Below are positions 10,714 through 21,350 of a stretch of DNA of 64,000 bases, one piece after another. Positions within the stretch are counted from its first letter, which is position 1; each line of letters begins with the position of its first letter. Source of the DNA: Escherichia phage SUSP2; the sequence record KT454806, one strand, 5' to 3'. Under the pieces are notes generated by a model. That model ran no database searches. It worked only from the letters and a program-made list of their open reading frames with translations, and was not told the origin of the DNA. The translations under genes and the position numbers were made by a program.

Positions 10714-11517
10714 ATGACTACTGTAAATGAAATGCTGGCCTCTAAAGGTATCGATAGCAACTTTATGCTGAACACTATTGAAAGCCTTGCTATCGTTATG
10801 CGTAGCAACACCTTCAGTTCACAAGTAATTCCTGAATCTTATCAGGTTAACGCAGAGATTTCTGATGAGTCAGCATTTCGCTCACAGGTTGAACTGCTTC
10901 TGAATAACCGTCAACTGGCTCTGGCTTCAGTGGCTGTTGGTGTAGATGCCTTGGCTGGTTATGTCTTTGACAAGATGCAAACTGGCGACTACAAAGTTCT
11001 CTCTGAAGAAGAGAAAGAAGCACTGCTTGAGTTCACTGAAGACGACACCTTCAACCTGATTATCAACTCAATTGCAAGCGTGATGGCTGTACTTGAGAAA
11101 CGTGTTACAGAAAAACTCCCACACTATGAAAAACTTGATTGGGGTTTTGCAGATATCTTTGAGCGTTCACAGGAAATGGTGAAGCTGACTAAAGAGCAAC
11201 TTCAAGAGGTTGTTGACAATGAAGCTGAACGTGGAATTGATGAGATTCAGGTCAAACTGACCGCTCTGGTTCCTTCAATCATCACAGTGATGAGTATTCA
11301 CGCTCTGTTCGAAGTTGCAGGTATGATTGATGCACCTATTGAGTTTGTGGAGCAGATTGCTGGTAATGTAAGTGGTGAAGCACTGCGTGAAGTGATTATG
11401 CAAACTGGTGCGGCAGTTCTTCAAGACAAGATTGCCATCCACTTCGGTGATGAATTTGTAGCAACTATTCAGGCTCTGTCTGAAAAAGAAAAGCTTGATT
11501 CTACACAAATTCACTAA
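10714..11517 (+). CDS. hypothetical acidic protein
   Basis: 267 aa ORF. Confidence 0.5.
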   Translation: MTTVNEMLASKGIDSNFMLNTIESLAIVMRSNTFSSQVIPESYQVNAEISDESAFRSQVELLLNNRQLALASVAVGVDALAGYVFDKMQTGDYKVLSEEEKEALLEFTEDDTFNLIINSIASVMAVLEKRVTEKLPHYEKLDWGFADIFERSQEMVKLTKEQLQEVVDNEAERGIDEIQVKLTALVPSIITVMSIHALFEVAGMIDAPIEFVEQIAGNVSGEALREVIMQTGAAVLQDKIAIHFGDEFVATIQALSEKEKLDSTQIH

Positions 11518-11528
11518 TAGAATTGTTT

Positions 11529-11560
11529 TCCCAAAGCCTCCTTAATTGGGGGCTTTTTCG
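11529..11560 (+). terminator. rho-independent terminator candidate
   Basis: cccaa..ttggg / agcc..ggct hairpin followed by TTTTT, then GGAGA RBS. Confidence 0.5.
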
Positions 11561-11577
11561 TATGGAGATAAAGGTAT

Positions 11578-12321
11578 ATGAAAAGTATTATTGCATTTAC
11601 TGGAAAGGCTCGTTCTGGTAAGGACACTTCCTGCATGTTGACAAAGAACTTTCTTCAAGAAGAAGAAGGTTACAACGTTCACATCTTTGCTTTTGCAGAC
11701 AGTTTAAAAGAATCTGCTGCATACATCTTTGGGCTTGACTGGAATGATTTGTATGGCGAAACTAAAGAGACACCTCAAAAGTTCAACTTGAGATTCTCTG
11801 ACTTGTACTTTGCAGTTCAATGTTCACTTGAACAAGTATTCCCACACAAAAACTTACACCTTGACGTTAAGCTATGTGGTGAACTAACTGGACGATTAAT
11901 CATGGAACTGAAGAAGGTTGCTAAACCAACTCTGCTAACCAGAATGGGACTTAGCCAAACTTACAAATTCTCTTCACGTCAGATTCAACAAATCTGGGGA
12001 ACTGAAGTTGTCAGGAAGGTTCTTGGAGAGAAGTTCTGGATTCGTGACCTTGAAGAAAGAATGGTCAAGTTCTTTGAATCATGCTCAAAAGATAACCAGT
12101 ATGGAATTGCACTGATTAGTGACTTGCGATTTGACCACGAAGCAGAGTTCTTAAAGTCTTTTGATAGTCAAATCATTGAGGTGAAAAGAGACAATCTGGT
12201 TAAGGTTTCATCACATAAATCAGAAAATGGGATTTCTACCAAATTTGAACGTGACATTATTCAAAACAATGGTAGTCTTGAAGACCTCGAAAATAAGCTG
12301 AAAGCTATTATCATTAAATAA
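11578..12321 (+). CDS. deoxynucleoside monophosphate kinase
   Basis: N-terminus MKSIIAFTGKARSGKDT resembles T4 gp1 dNMP kinase P-loop (SGVKRSGKDT). Confidence 0.65.
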   Translation: MKSIIAFTGKARSGKDTSCMLTKNFLQEEEGYNVHIFAFADSLKESAAYIFGLDWNDLYGETKETPQKFNLRFSDLYFAVQCSLEQVFPHKNLHLDVKLCGELTGRLIMELKKVAKPTLLTRMGLSQTYKFSSRQIQQIWGTEVVRKVLGEKFWIRDLEERMVKFFESCSKDNQYGIALISDLRFDHEAEFLKSFDSQIIEVKRDNLVKVSSHKSENGISTKFERDIIQNNGSLEDLENKLKAIIIK

Positions 12322-12326
12322 GAGAG

Positions 12327-12524
12327 ATGAAGATGAGAGTAAATAATTTAGAAGTTGTTGACCATCGTTCGGTGGAACTCTCATCTCTTTCCAAGGAAGT
12401 TATGATGGAGCGACTTGAAAGGGTCGCTTCAAGACGGAAAGAGATTGCAGAAGAGATTCACGAGCTAGACAAGATTGAAAATGGCTTGAAAGCAGAACTA
12501 CAACGCAGAGGTGCTAATGTCTAA
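12327..12524 (+). CDS. hypothetical coiled-coil protein
   Basis: 65 aa. Confidence 0.4.
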   Translation: MKMRVNNLEVVDHRSVELSSLSKEVMMERLERVASRRKEIAEEIHELDKIENGLKAELQRRGANV

Positions 12525-14508
12525 AGGTCGTAAATTGAAGGAAGCTGGTCAGTTTGTTGGTCATTGTGCTTGCCCTAGATGTGGTTCATCAGATGCTGGT
12601 TCAATCTATCATCATGACGATGATTCTTATTCGATGACTTGCTTTAGTTGCAATAAAGGTTTTCCAGAGTGGGATTTTGATAAAGGGCAAATTGTGAGTA
12701 CTTATTCTACTGGTTCAGATAATAAAAACCGTACTTTCCGTGGTATGGATTTAGACGATGTAAAAGACAACCTTGAAGCAATGGACTTGAAAGACCGTAA
12801 GATTCCTGCAAAGGTACTTGACCGTCTTGGTATCAAGGTTGATGTAGATGGTGAAGGTGAGATTGATGCACACTTTTACCCAACTTACAAGAAAGATGAA
12901 AATGGAAAACTTGAACATGTAGGTTACCGTGTTCGTCACCGTTACCCAGAAGACCATCCTAAAGAGCATCTTCGTGGTAAGCTGAAAGACTTCTCCGGTG
13001 GTGTAGGCGATATTAAAGGTGAACTGGCAATGTTCGGTTCATGGATTGCTCCAGAAGGTGGTAACCGCCTCTTCATCTGGGAAGGTGAGATGGAATGTGC
13101 TACAGCAATCTACATGACTTCTCTGGCAATTAAAGATAAGTCTCGTCGTAAGAATTACTGTCACGTATCTGTTCCATCAGGTGCAAACATTAAATCTATC
13201 AAAGATAACTATCAGTACATCACATCATTTGATGAGATTTACCTGTGCTTTGATAACGATGAAGCAGGTGCAAAAGCCACTAAAGAGGCTGCTGGTATCC
13301 TTCCGATTGAGAAGGTTCGTTTATTCCAGTATCCAGAAGGTGTCAAAGACCTTAACGAATGGTGGACTAAGTTTTATAAAGAGAAAGATACAGTACTGGA
13401 AGGATTTAAACAGCGTATCTATAATGCACCTCGTTACTGCCCTGCTGGTATCAAGAACTTCGCAGATGGTTTTGAGGCAATGAAGAATCGTGGTCAGATT
13501 CCACTGATTCCATTCCCAGAATCCTTCGGAGACTTGAACAGACTGACTTATGGCGGTTATGGTTTAGGGGAGATTACAACTCTGGCAGCACCATCTTCAG
13601 TAGGTAAATCGGCTTACACTCGTGAAATGATTTACACTGCTTGGAAGGAAACTGATTATAATATTGGTGTGATTCCTGTAGAAGATACTTATGAAGAGTT
13701 AATGGAGATGCTCTGTGCAATTCACCTTAGCAAACAGATTTCAGAGATTCCTTACGATGAACGTAATTGGGATGAAATCAAGGTTGCACATGCTGAGTTG
13801 TCTGCTGGTCGTCGTATCCATATCGTTGACCACCAAGGGGCAATCGACCAAGATAACCTGTTAGAGTTTGTTGACTATCTGGTTAACAGCTTAGACTGTA
13901 AGATTATTATTCTTGACCCTATCACACTGGCTCTGTCACGTTCTGATACGGATGAAGAAGAAGTCTTATCTGAACTGTTGCGTCGTTGCAAGCGTTACCA
14001 ATATGCACAGGTAAACGTCTGTCACGTTCGTAAGAGTGCAGGTGGTCAGAAAGCTAACTCTGAAGGTGGTGATATTTCTGAAGAGGATATCAAGGGTTCT
14101 GGAGCATACTTCCAGATTTCCATGAACAACATTCTGTTAATGCGTAACAAGGTTGACCCAGACCCTGTGAAGAAAAACTTGACCAAAATCAAGTTAACTA
14201 AATGTCGTCGTCATGGTAAGTCAACTGGTATTGCTGGTCACACTTGGTATAATCCAGATACAGGCCGTCTTATCAAGGCTGCTGGTAGTGGTGTTGATAT
14301 TGATGGTGCAGCAGAGAATATTCGTCAGCAGTTTGGTATTGGTGAAGCTGATGACCACTATGATGATTCTATGCCGCATTATGATGATGAAGTCTTTGAC
14401 CGTGAGACTGGAGAGGTTTACACTCAAGAGCAACGTCAAAGTTCTACTATTCCACCAGTATTAAACGAAGACGGAGAAGATGATGACTGCCCGTTTGAAA
14501 CTGACTGA
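12511..14508 (+). CDS. bifunctional DNA primase-helicase (T7 gp4-like)
   Basis: Cys4 zinc ribbon CPRCGSS..CFSCN; TOPRIM FDNDEAG; Walker A APSSVGKSAYT; Walker B IIILDPI. Confidence 0.85.
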   Translation: MLMSKGRKLKEAGQFVGHCACPRCGSSDAGSIYHHDDDSYSMTCFSCNKGFPEWDFDKGQIVSTYSTGSDNKNRTFRGMDLDDVKDNLEAMDLKDRKIPAKVLDRLGIKVDVDGEGEIDAHFYPTYKKDENGKLEHVGYRVRHRYPEDHPKEHLRGKLKDFSGGVGDIKGELAMFGSWIAPEGGNRLFIWEGEMECATAIYMTSLAIKDKSRRKNYCHVSVPSGANIKSIKDNYQYITSFDEIYLCFDNDEAGAKATKEAAGILPIEKVRLFQYPEGVKDLNEWWTKFYKEKDTVLEGFKQRIYNAPRYCPAGIKNFADGFEAMKNRGQIPLIPFPESFGDLNRLTYGGYGLGEITTLAAPSSVGKSAYTREMIYTAWKETDYNIGVIPVEDTYEELMEMLCAIHLSKQISEIPYDERNWDEIKVAHAELSAGRRIHIVDHQGAIDQDNLLEFVDYLVNSLDCKIIILDPITLALSRSDTDEEEVLSELLRRCKRYQYAQVNVCHVRKSAGGQKANSEGGDISEEDIKGSGAYFQISMNNILLMRNKVDPDPVKKNLTKIKLTKCRRHGKSTGIAGHTWYNPDTGRLIKAAGSGVDIDGAAENIRQQFGIGEADDHYDDSMPHYDDEVFDRETGEVYTQEQRQSSTIPPVLNEDGEDDDCPFETD

Positions 14509-14761
14509 TGCGTATCTTAAGGAGGGCTTTACGCCCTTCTATGAAGAAACAAATTCAGTAAAATTTAAAAAAGAGTGCTTGACTCGTATAGACGATTTCT
14601 GTAAAGTACTCATCAACGAAGGACATACGGTTGAGTTAGAGCACAGAGAACTTGAGATTGGCCTTGATGGAATCTTAGTTTCTGTTGACAATGATACTGG
14701 ATATATGTTTAAGTTGACTGACAAAACATTTGAATACGAAATTTATCGGAGAGTTGTATGA
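14480..14761 (+). CDS. hypothetical protein
   Basis: 93 aa. Confidence 0.4.
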   Translation: MMTARLKLTDAYLKEGFTPFYEETNSVKFKKECLTRIDDFCKVLINEGHTVELEHRELEIGLDGILVSVDNDTGYMFKLTDKTFEYEIYRRVV

Positions 14762-14895
14762 AACATTCTAAAGCGTTTGAAAAAGTATTTGGCGATTCAC
14801 TGAAAGCAACTGCTGGTAAATCTGCTGCACACTACGAAGCAAAACGTGTTCGCACTGGTAAGACAGCACGTAAAGCAGCTAAAAAATCTGCTTAA
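14758..14895 (+). CDS. small basic protein (45 aa)
   Basis: ATG overlaps upstream stop; below the ORF-track cutoff; lysine/alanine-rich. Confidence 0.3.
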   Translation: MKHSKAFEKVFGDSLKATAGKSAAHYEAKRVRTGKTARKAAKKSA

Positions 14896-14902
14896 AAGTG
14901 TT

Positions 14903-14931
14903 TGACAAGGGAGTATGAAGTCTGTAAGATT
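14903..14931 (+). promoter_or_regulatory. sigma70-like promoter candidate
   Basis: TTGACA, 17 bp, TAAGAT, A-rich upstream. Confidence 0.5.
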
Positions 14932-14979
14932 GTACTCCTTCAAGTTTGAAAGAAATAATTTTGAGAAAGAGGATTTAAG

Positions 14980-15832
14980 AATGTCTAAAGTTGTTAAAAT
15001 GAAATCTCCGGTAGAAAAATACAATGGTACTGAACGTCAGACTCTGCGTTACTTGCTGAAAGATGTTTGGTTCTACTACCTGAACACTATTCCACGTCCG
15101 GGAAAAGGCAAGTCAGTTGATAAGAAATTCCCAGGCAAAGATTGTAACTACAGCGTTTCGATTCTGGCAAAAGACGGTAACAAACTCTTCAAAGAGTTCA
15201 CCAAGTCTAAAAAGAATCCTGATGGTTGGGATAAAGTTACAACTGAAGCAGTTGATGCAGATGACTTCGAAGAGAAGTTTGGTTGCAAACCACCGTTTGA
15301 AGCAGACACTTATCACATTCTGAAAGTAAGTCGTGCTGCTGCTTATAAAGATGGTGCAGTTTGGACAGCGAAACAGTCATTCCCTGTTATGATTATTGAA
15401 GAAGTTAACGGTAAGCGTGTTGCAGTTAAACAGCCGATGAAGAAAATCAAGGCTCAACATTCTGATAAACACGATGACGACAAAACTTATGACGTTATTC
15501 ACCCAGATATCGCAGTCGGTAACGGTTCATTTGGTAGTGTGATTCTTGCAACTCACTTCTACACTTTTGAAAGCAACGTTTTGACTAAGCCGATTCAGGA
15601 ACAGTTTATCATTGATACTCTGGTTCCGTACACTGGCGGTACAGGTGGTAACGGTGAGCCTGAACTGGATGAAGACGAACTGGCTCTGCTTGGTCTGGAT
15701 GGCGTTGAAGATAACGGTGAAATCACCGAAGAAGATGCGAAGGATTCTGAGGATACAAACTCTGACGATGACGACGAAGATATGCCAGACCCAGATGACG
15801 ACGACGAAGAAGATTTCGATACTGAAGACTAA
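14980..15832 (+). CDS. putative single-stranded DNA-binding protein with acidic C-terminal tail
   Basis: Start at AAGAGGA-preceded ATG; C-terminus DDDDEDMPDPDDDDEEDFDTED resembles T7 gp2.5/T4 gp32 acidic tails. Confidence 0.5.
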
Positions 15833-15851
15833 TTCTCAGTAGTTACTACAA

Positions 15852-15879
15852 AGCCCTGTACTTAGTATGGGGCTTTTTC
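15852..15879 (+). terminator. rho-independent terminator candidate
   Basis: agccc..gggct hairpin plus TTTTT. Confidence 0.5.
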
Positions 15880-15894
15880 GTATTGGAGATACAA

Positions 15895-16935
15895 ATGGAA
15901 AAGTATACGTTAACAAAACTCCCAGATACTGTGACGCATGTCTTTATTGACTCTGATAGTATCGCTTACAAGGGAGCCTGTGTCGTTGAGAAAGCAAAGT
16001 ACAAGTATGTGAATAAACTTACTGCTGAAGAGTCTGATGCCTTTGAGAGTGCTAAAGATGCTAATCAATGGCTATCTGACCAGAGAGTTCTGACAGAGGA
16101 ACTTGGTCTTGCATTCGATGAAGATGAATGGGAAAGACAGTCTTGGAAAGAAGCCAAGAGTGAAAAAGAAGCTATTATGGCAACTCAACAAGTTCTTCAG
16201 GAATGGTTGAAAGTTGTTGGTAAAGAGCGAACTTGGATGGGATACCTCACTGAGAAAGGTGTACATAAACACAAAGACATTAAAGGTCTTGAACACCAGT
16301 ATCAGGGTAACCGTAAAGAATCAGTAACCCCTACGCATTTAGTTGCTTGTCGTGAGTATCTTCTGTCACGACCTGAGTTTAAGCTTCTCAAAGGTGGCTT
16401 TGAAGCTGACTCCATTGTTATTGCAAAAGCTGAGAAGATGGGTAAGAAGGCTGCTCTTATGAGTATTGATAAAGACCTTCGCCAAGCGGAAGGAACTTAC
16501 TGTATTGATATGACTTACGAGAAAGCCCCTCTGATTTTCATTGCAGATGGTAACGTAGGTGATATTTGGGATTGTCCTATCAAGTCTAAGCCGAAAGCTA
16601 AAAAGACTGTTGGTGTAGGCTTCAAATTCCTCTGCTATCAAGCTGTAGCAGGAGATAACGCAGATAACTACTTTGGCCTTAAGGGTGCAGGGAAAGTTGC
16701 TGTAATGAACGCTCTGGAAGGTAAAGAGACCTATAAAGAGTGTCTTGACGCTATCTATGAACTCTACGCTAAGAAAGAGTCATATACTTATGAATCGTGG
16801 GATGGTCAGGTGATTACAAAAACACCTCTTGAATTAATGCACCAGCACTTCTGGATTGCCTATCAAGAACGTAACCCTAAAGACGATTTCACCTTTGCTA
16901 AATATGGTTGGGAGCCTGTTATGAATGAAGATTAA
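15895..16935 (+). CDS. 5'-3' exonuclease / flap endonuclease (RNase H-like)
   Basis: AGDNADNYFGLKGAGKVA resembles the H3TH motif GDxSDNIPGVxGIGxKTA; N-terminal acidic cluster FIDSDS. Confidence 0.6.
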   Translation: MEKYTLTKLPDTVTHVFIDSDSIAYKGACVVEKAKYKYVNKLTAEESDAFESAKDANQWLSDQRVLTEELGLAFDEDEWERQSWKEAKSEKEAIMATQQVLQEWLKVVGKERTWMGYLTEKGVHKHKDIKGLEHQYQGNRKESVTPTHLVACREYLLSRPEFKLLKGGFEADSIVIAKAEKMGKKAALMSIDKDLRQAEGTYCIDMTYEKAPLIFIADGNVGDIWDCPIKSKPKAKKTVGVGFKFLCYQAVAGDNADNYFGLKGAGKVAVMNALEGKETYKECLDAIYELYAKKESYTYESWDGQVITKTPLELMHQHFWIAYQERNPKDDFTFAKYGWEPVMNED

Positions 16936-17425
16936 AGGTTTTGGCAATTGCCCTGAATATGGACATTGGATTTCACTGTGCGGGGAGATTGACCCCGCTA
17001 AGTATTTTGGTTTCGTTTACTTAGTGTACTGCAAAAAGACTGGACAGTATTACATCGGTAAGAAGCAGTTTAACAATGTCACCAAGAAGAAAGTAGCTGG
17101 AAAGACCAGACGTAAGATTGTGACAAAAGAGAGTGACTGGATGGTTTACCAGACCTCTTCTGAGTACATTAAGAAAGATATTGAAACTTTCGGTGAAAAA
17201 GAGTTTGACTTCTATATTGTGCAAACTTATTATACGCGAGGTGGGTTGGTCTACGGAGAAGCTAACCTTCAACATAAGTTTGACGTCATGACAAAAAGGA
17301 TTGACTCCAAGCTTCGACTCTTCTACAATGCAAACATTGCAGCAATCAAGTTTCTTACTAAAGAGACTTATGAAGATGCTGAGAAGAGAATCCATAAAAT
17401 CATGAAACTTAATGAGAGAGAATAA
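16925..17425 (+). CDS. putative GIY-YIG domain protein
   Basis: FVYLVYCKKTGQYYIGKK resembles GIY..YIG. Confidence 0.4.
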   Translation: MKIKGFGNCPEYGHWISLCGEIDPAKYFGFVYLVYCKKTGQYYIGKKQFNNVTKKKVAGKTRRKIVTKESDWMVYQTSSEYIKKDIETFGEKEFDFYIVQTYYTRGGLVYGEANLQHKFDVMTKRIDSKLRLFYNANIAAIKFLTKETYEDAEKRIHKIMKLNERE

Positions 17426-17639
17426 GATTATGTTTAACAAACTGAAGAATGACCACGTAGCTAAAATTGACAGCCACATTGCAGCACTGAAAGATGCAAT
17501 CATCAAAGCTAAAGAAGCTACGGAGTCCGAAATGGAGGCTCTTGAGTCCCAGATTCAGCACCTGATTAACAAGCGTGTTGAACTGAAAGGCCGACTGGAT
17601 TATATTGAGTCTCAGCAGAAACTGTTTCAGGAGGTTTAA
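17412..17639 (+). CDS. hypothetical coiled-coil protein
   Basis: 75 aa. Confidence 0.4.
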   Translation: MRENKIMFNKLKNDHVAKIDSHIAALKDAIIKAKEATESEMEALESQIQHLINKRVELKGRLDYIESQQKLFQEV

Positions 17640-18394
17640 TGTTTAATTCCAGAGAATCCGTTTTAACTTGGAACCAGCGTTGTGGTAAAACCCCGTTGAC
17701 TCCGTATACACCTGAGTACTGGTCTTCGATGCGTAGTCAAGCACTTTGCATGTTAGAAGAAGCCAAAGAGCTTTTGAAAGCTGTTGATGAAAAAGACCCT
17801 ATCGAGGCTCTTGATGCTCAGGCAGACTTACAGTATGTTCTTGATGGACTGATTTACCTTTCACAGCATGACCATGACGGAGCTATGAAAGCAGTCTGTG
17901 AGAATAACAACCTGAAGTATACCGATAACTACGAAGAAGCTTTGAAGCGTCTTGCAGATATCGAGAAACGTACTGGTGATGAATGTCGTGTACGTGCTTC
18001 AATGATTGACGGCAAAGAGTGGTACGCCATTATCCGTGAGTCTGATAAGAAGGTTATGAAGCAATCTAATCTTCCTAAAGTACAGCTTGCAGAGTTCATC
18101 GCGGAACTTGAAAGCAGAGAATTGTTCGTGGTAACATCTGACACATGCGTTATCTGTAAAGGTCTTGTAGGAAGTTTGAAAGACCTTGGATTGAGTGACT
18201 TCACAGAAGTTCGACCAATCAGTTCGAAAGCAGACAAAGACTTCTGCCGAGAAAACGGATTATGGCTTGCAGATATTGTTTACTATGACGGTGAGAAGTT
18301 CCATGTGACCTCATACCCGAAACTGAACTATGATGCAAATAACCTTAAGAATTGGTTAAAAGGGGTTGGTTATAATGGATTCACAGAACATTAA
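17639..18394 (+). CDS. hypothetical protein (helical N-domain; CxxC-containing C-domain)
   Basis: 251 aa; TCVICKG motif in C-terminal half. Confidence 0.5.
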   Translation: MFNSRESVLTWNQRCGKTPLTPYTPEYWSSMRSQALCMLEEAKELLKAVDEKDPIEALDAQADLQYVLDGLIYLSQHDHDGAMKAVCENNNLKYTDNYEEALKRLADIEKRTGDECRVRASMIDGKEWYAIIRESDKKVMKQSNLPKVQLAEFIAELESRELFVVTSDTCVICKGLVGSLKDLGLSDFTEVRPISSKADKDFCRENGLWLADIVYYDGEKFHVTSYPKLNYDANNLKNWLKGVGYNGFTEH

Positions 18395-18698
18395 TACTGA
18401 AGAGGTGGCTCCAAAGAGCCATTTCTCAAACTATAATCTCTCTATGACAGTGTTTATGAATGATTCACTGTTAGAAAAATATGGAGAGACACCAGAAACT
18501 TTACTGGATAATGAGCAAGTTTTAAAGGCTGTACTTTTTAAGTTTGGCTTGAACATCGACAAACCATATTCTTATGAGATTTGTCAGCACCGCAATACAT
18601 TCGGTAAAGTTGTGACTGCTCCACTATTCATGGGTGTTGAACGCACTGATGATGGGTGGCTTTACCTTAAACGAAACTTGGATAAATATCATGTCTAA
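18366..18698 (+). CDS. hypothetical protein
   Basis: 110 aa. Confidence 0.4.
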   Translation: MVIMDSQNINTEEVAPKSHFSNYNLSMTVFMNDSLLEKYGETPETLLDNEQVLKAVLFKFGLNIDKPYSYEICQHRNTFGKVVTAPLFMGVERTDDGWLYLKRNLDKYHV

Positions 18699-19026
18699 AG
18701 CAAAGAAGCTTACAATTGAAGATGTAAAATCTGGTGTTGAACTTGGAGTTGATAAGTTTGACCAACCTTTACGATTCGGTGACATAGTGATGTACACAGA
18801 AGATTGTAAAGGACGAAGTGATATCAAGTTTGGTCGTGTTTCTGGTAAGCATCGTGGTAATTTTGTTATATCACGCATGGAAGATGACCCTTACGAAAAC
18901 CTTGCAAAACTTTTTGATGAGACTAAGAGTTATTGGTATCACAACGCAATGTCAAAAGGTTCACTGACCAAGGTTTCTCACAAGTTTTATGAACTTTGGC
19001 AAAATAAACAAATCTTTAGCATTTAA
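18691..19026 (+). CDS. hypothetical protein
   Basis: 112 aa from in-frame ATG. Confidence 0.45.
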   Translation: MSKAKKLTIEDVKSGVELGVDKFDQPLRFGDIVMYTEDCKGRSDIKFGRVSGKHRGNFVISRMEDDPYENLAKLFDETKSYWYHNAMSKGSLTKVSHKFYELWQNKQIFSI

Positions 19027-19034
19027 TCTCTAAG

Positions 19035-19057
19035 GGGTCTCTTCGGAGACCCTTTTT
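19035..19057 (+). terminator. rho-independent terminator
   Basis: GGGTCTC-ttcg-GAGACCC plus TTTTT. Confidence 0.7.
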
Positions 19058-19078
19058 CACCTGTAGGACTCTAAAATA

Positions 19079-21313
19079 ATGATTAAGACCATTCGCAAAT
19101 CTGACGGTACAATCGTACCATTCGAACCAGAACGTTTAAACAAATGGGCTTCATGGGCTGACAAACGAGGAATCATTTGGTCAGAGGTAACTATGGAAGC
19201 TATGAAGCGTGTCTATGAAGGTTGCTCTACCAAAGAGATGCACCAAGCTATGATTGACGTTTGTATTGATAAGCAGACTCAAGAATACTCTGATATGGCT
19301 GGTCGATTACTTCTTGGTATCATCTACAAAGAAGCCTTTGGTGGTTTCACAAAAGTTCCTCAACTGTTTAACTTCGTTATGAAGATGGAGCAAATGGGAT
19401 TGTGGGAACACATGGATTACACTGAACAAGAGATTGACTATTTACAAGGTCACATTGTTCACTCAAAAGATATCTCTTACGGCTATGCAGTACTGAAACA
19501 GTTCCGTGACAAATACGGTATCCGAGATATCAAGTCAGGTCGTCTGTTTGAGTCTCCACAGTTTATGTTTATGGGTATGGCTATGAAAGCCTTTGAGAGA
19601 CAACCTAAGCACCGTAGACTGGAAGATGTTATCAAGCTGTACACTTACCTGTCTGACCTGAAGATTAACGCCCCTACGCCTTATCTGAATGGTTTACGTG
19701 CTACTAAGTCAGGTTATGCGTCATGCTGCTTAATCAAGGCTAATGACACTGCTGAGTCTCTTGGCATTGCTACTAAGGTAGCTTATGATATGACCACGAA
19801 GCAAGCTGGTATTGGTATGCTGATGGAGACCCGTACAATTGGTGATGGTATTCGTCAAAACACCATTGAACACATGGGTAAGCTTCCTTACTACAAGCTT
19901 GTACGTGCTGCTGTAGAGGCCAATAAGCAGAAGAGTCGTGGTGGTTCAGCTAACAACTTCTATACTGCCCTAGACCCGCAGATTGAAGATTTACTACGTT
20001 TGAAGCACCCTACAACGGTTCCTTCTAAGCGTATTAATGAGATGGACTATTCATTTGGTGCAAATGACTATTTCTGGCAGTGTGTGCAGTATGACACAGA
20101 TTGGTTGCTGTTCTCTTACAAGGACGCTCCAAAACTTTATGACATGTTCTACACAGCATCTGCTGATGAGTTTGCTATGGCAGTTGGTCACGCAGTTCAT
20201 TCAGGTGTTAAGCATAAACGTGTTAAGGCTCGTGAAGTTGCCAAGCTGTTCATTCAGCAACGTTATGCTACAGGTCGTGTGTACCCGTTCTTTACGAACA
20301 ATGCGAACACTCACACACCGTTTAAAGAACTTTTGAAAATGTCTAACTTGTGTATGGAAATTGTATTGCCAGTTCACGGATTCGAAGATGAACGTGACCT
20401 TTACAGTTACACAGCACCTAAAGAAGATGGTGAAGTTGCTCTTTGCTTCTTGGCTAGTCTGGTAGCAGGGAGAATCACAGAAGATGAATACGCTGACGTT
20501 GCTTATTATGCTCTTGCAATGGTTGACTCCGTTATTGACCTTATGGACTATCCGTATCCGTCAATGCGTAACCACGTTCAGAAACGTCGTTCTGTTGGGA
20601 TTGGCCTTACGAATGTGGCTCATTACCTTGCGAAGAACTACGTAAACTATTCTTCAAGAGCAGGTAAAACGAAGCTGCATGAACTTGCAGAGATGCACTC
20701 TTACTATCTACATGAGGCATCACTAAGACTTGCAAAAGAACGTGGTGTACCTGAATATATGCAGTTCACCAAGTATCCTGAAGGTTGGGTTCCTCCTAAG
20801 ACAGCTAACAGGAAGATTGATACAAAACACGATGCAAAACTTCGTTATGATTGGGATGACTTAGCAGACCGTATTAAGGCAAACGGTGGTATCAGAAACT
20901 CTGTGCTTGAGGCTTACATGCCTAACGAGAGTTCTTCACTGGCAACTAATACAACAAATGGCTTGTACCCAATTCGTGACTTCATCTTAACCAAGAAGTC
21001 AGCAACTGGTAACGTTTTATTTATCGTTCCAGATTACGAAGAGTTGAAGTATGTCTATGAAATTGCTTGGGATATTGACACCTTTGATATGATTGATTGC
21101 TATGCAATTGTTCAAAAATTCACTGGTCAAGCTATCTCTTCAGATTTCTATGTTGACTATTCAAAATCGAAAAAGGTATCATTAGAGCAAGCTTTGAAGT
21201 ACATGATTTATGCTAACTCAGTTGGGATGAAAACTATGTACTACCTTAACAGTCGTATCGGTGTTGGTAAGTCAGCACTACAAGATGCTTACTGTGAGGG
21301 TTGTGGCGTTTAA
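19079..21313 (+). CDS. nrdA: class I ribonucleotide reductase large subunit
   Basis: 744 aa; active-site SNLCMEIVLP; C-terminal CEGCGV. Confidence 0.9.
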   Translation: MIKTIRKSDGTIVPFEPERLNKWASWADKRGIIWSEVTMEAMKRVYEGCSTKEMHQAMIDVCIDKQTQEYSDMAGRLLLGIIYKEAFGGFTKVPQLFNFVMKMEQMGLWEHMDYTEQEIDYLQGHIVHSKDISYGYAVLKQFRDKYGIRDIKSGRLFESPQFMFMGMAMKAFERQPKHRRLEDVIKLYTYLSDLKINAPTPYLNGLRATKSGYASCCLIKANDTAESLGIATKVAYDMTTKQAGIGMLMETRTIGDGIRQNTIEHMGKLPYYKLVRAAVEANKQKSRGGSANNFYTALDPQIEDLLRLKHPTTVPSKRINEMDYSFGANDYFWQCVQYDTDWLLFSYKDAPKLYDMFYTASADEFAMAVGHAVHSGVKHKRVKAREVAKLFIQQRYATGRVYPFFTNNANTHTPFKELLKMSNLCMEIVLPVHGFEDERDLYSYTAPKEDGEVALCFLASLVAGRITEDEYADVAYYALAMVDSVIDLMDYPYPSMRNHVQKRRSVGIGLTNVAHYLAKNYVNYSSRAGKTKLHELAEMHSYYLHEASLRLAKERGVPEYMQFTKYPEGWVPPKTANRKIDTKHDAKLRYDWDDLADRIKANGGIRNSVLEAYMPNESSSLATNTTNGLYPIRDFILTKKSATGNVLFIVPDYEELKYVYEIAWDIDTFDMIDCYAIVQKFTGQAISSDFYVDYSKSKKVSLEQALKYMIYANSVGMKTMYYLNSRIGVGKSALQDAYCEGCGV

Positions 21314-21321
21314 CTAAACAG

Positions 21322-21341
21322 GGGGCTGAAAAGCCCCTTTT
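21322..21341 (+). terminator. rho-independent terminator candidate
   Basis: GGGGCT-gaaa-AGCCCC plus TTTT. Confidence 0.6.
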
Positions 21342-21350
21342 GGAGAAACC

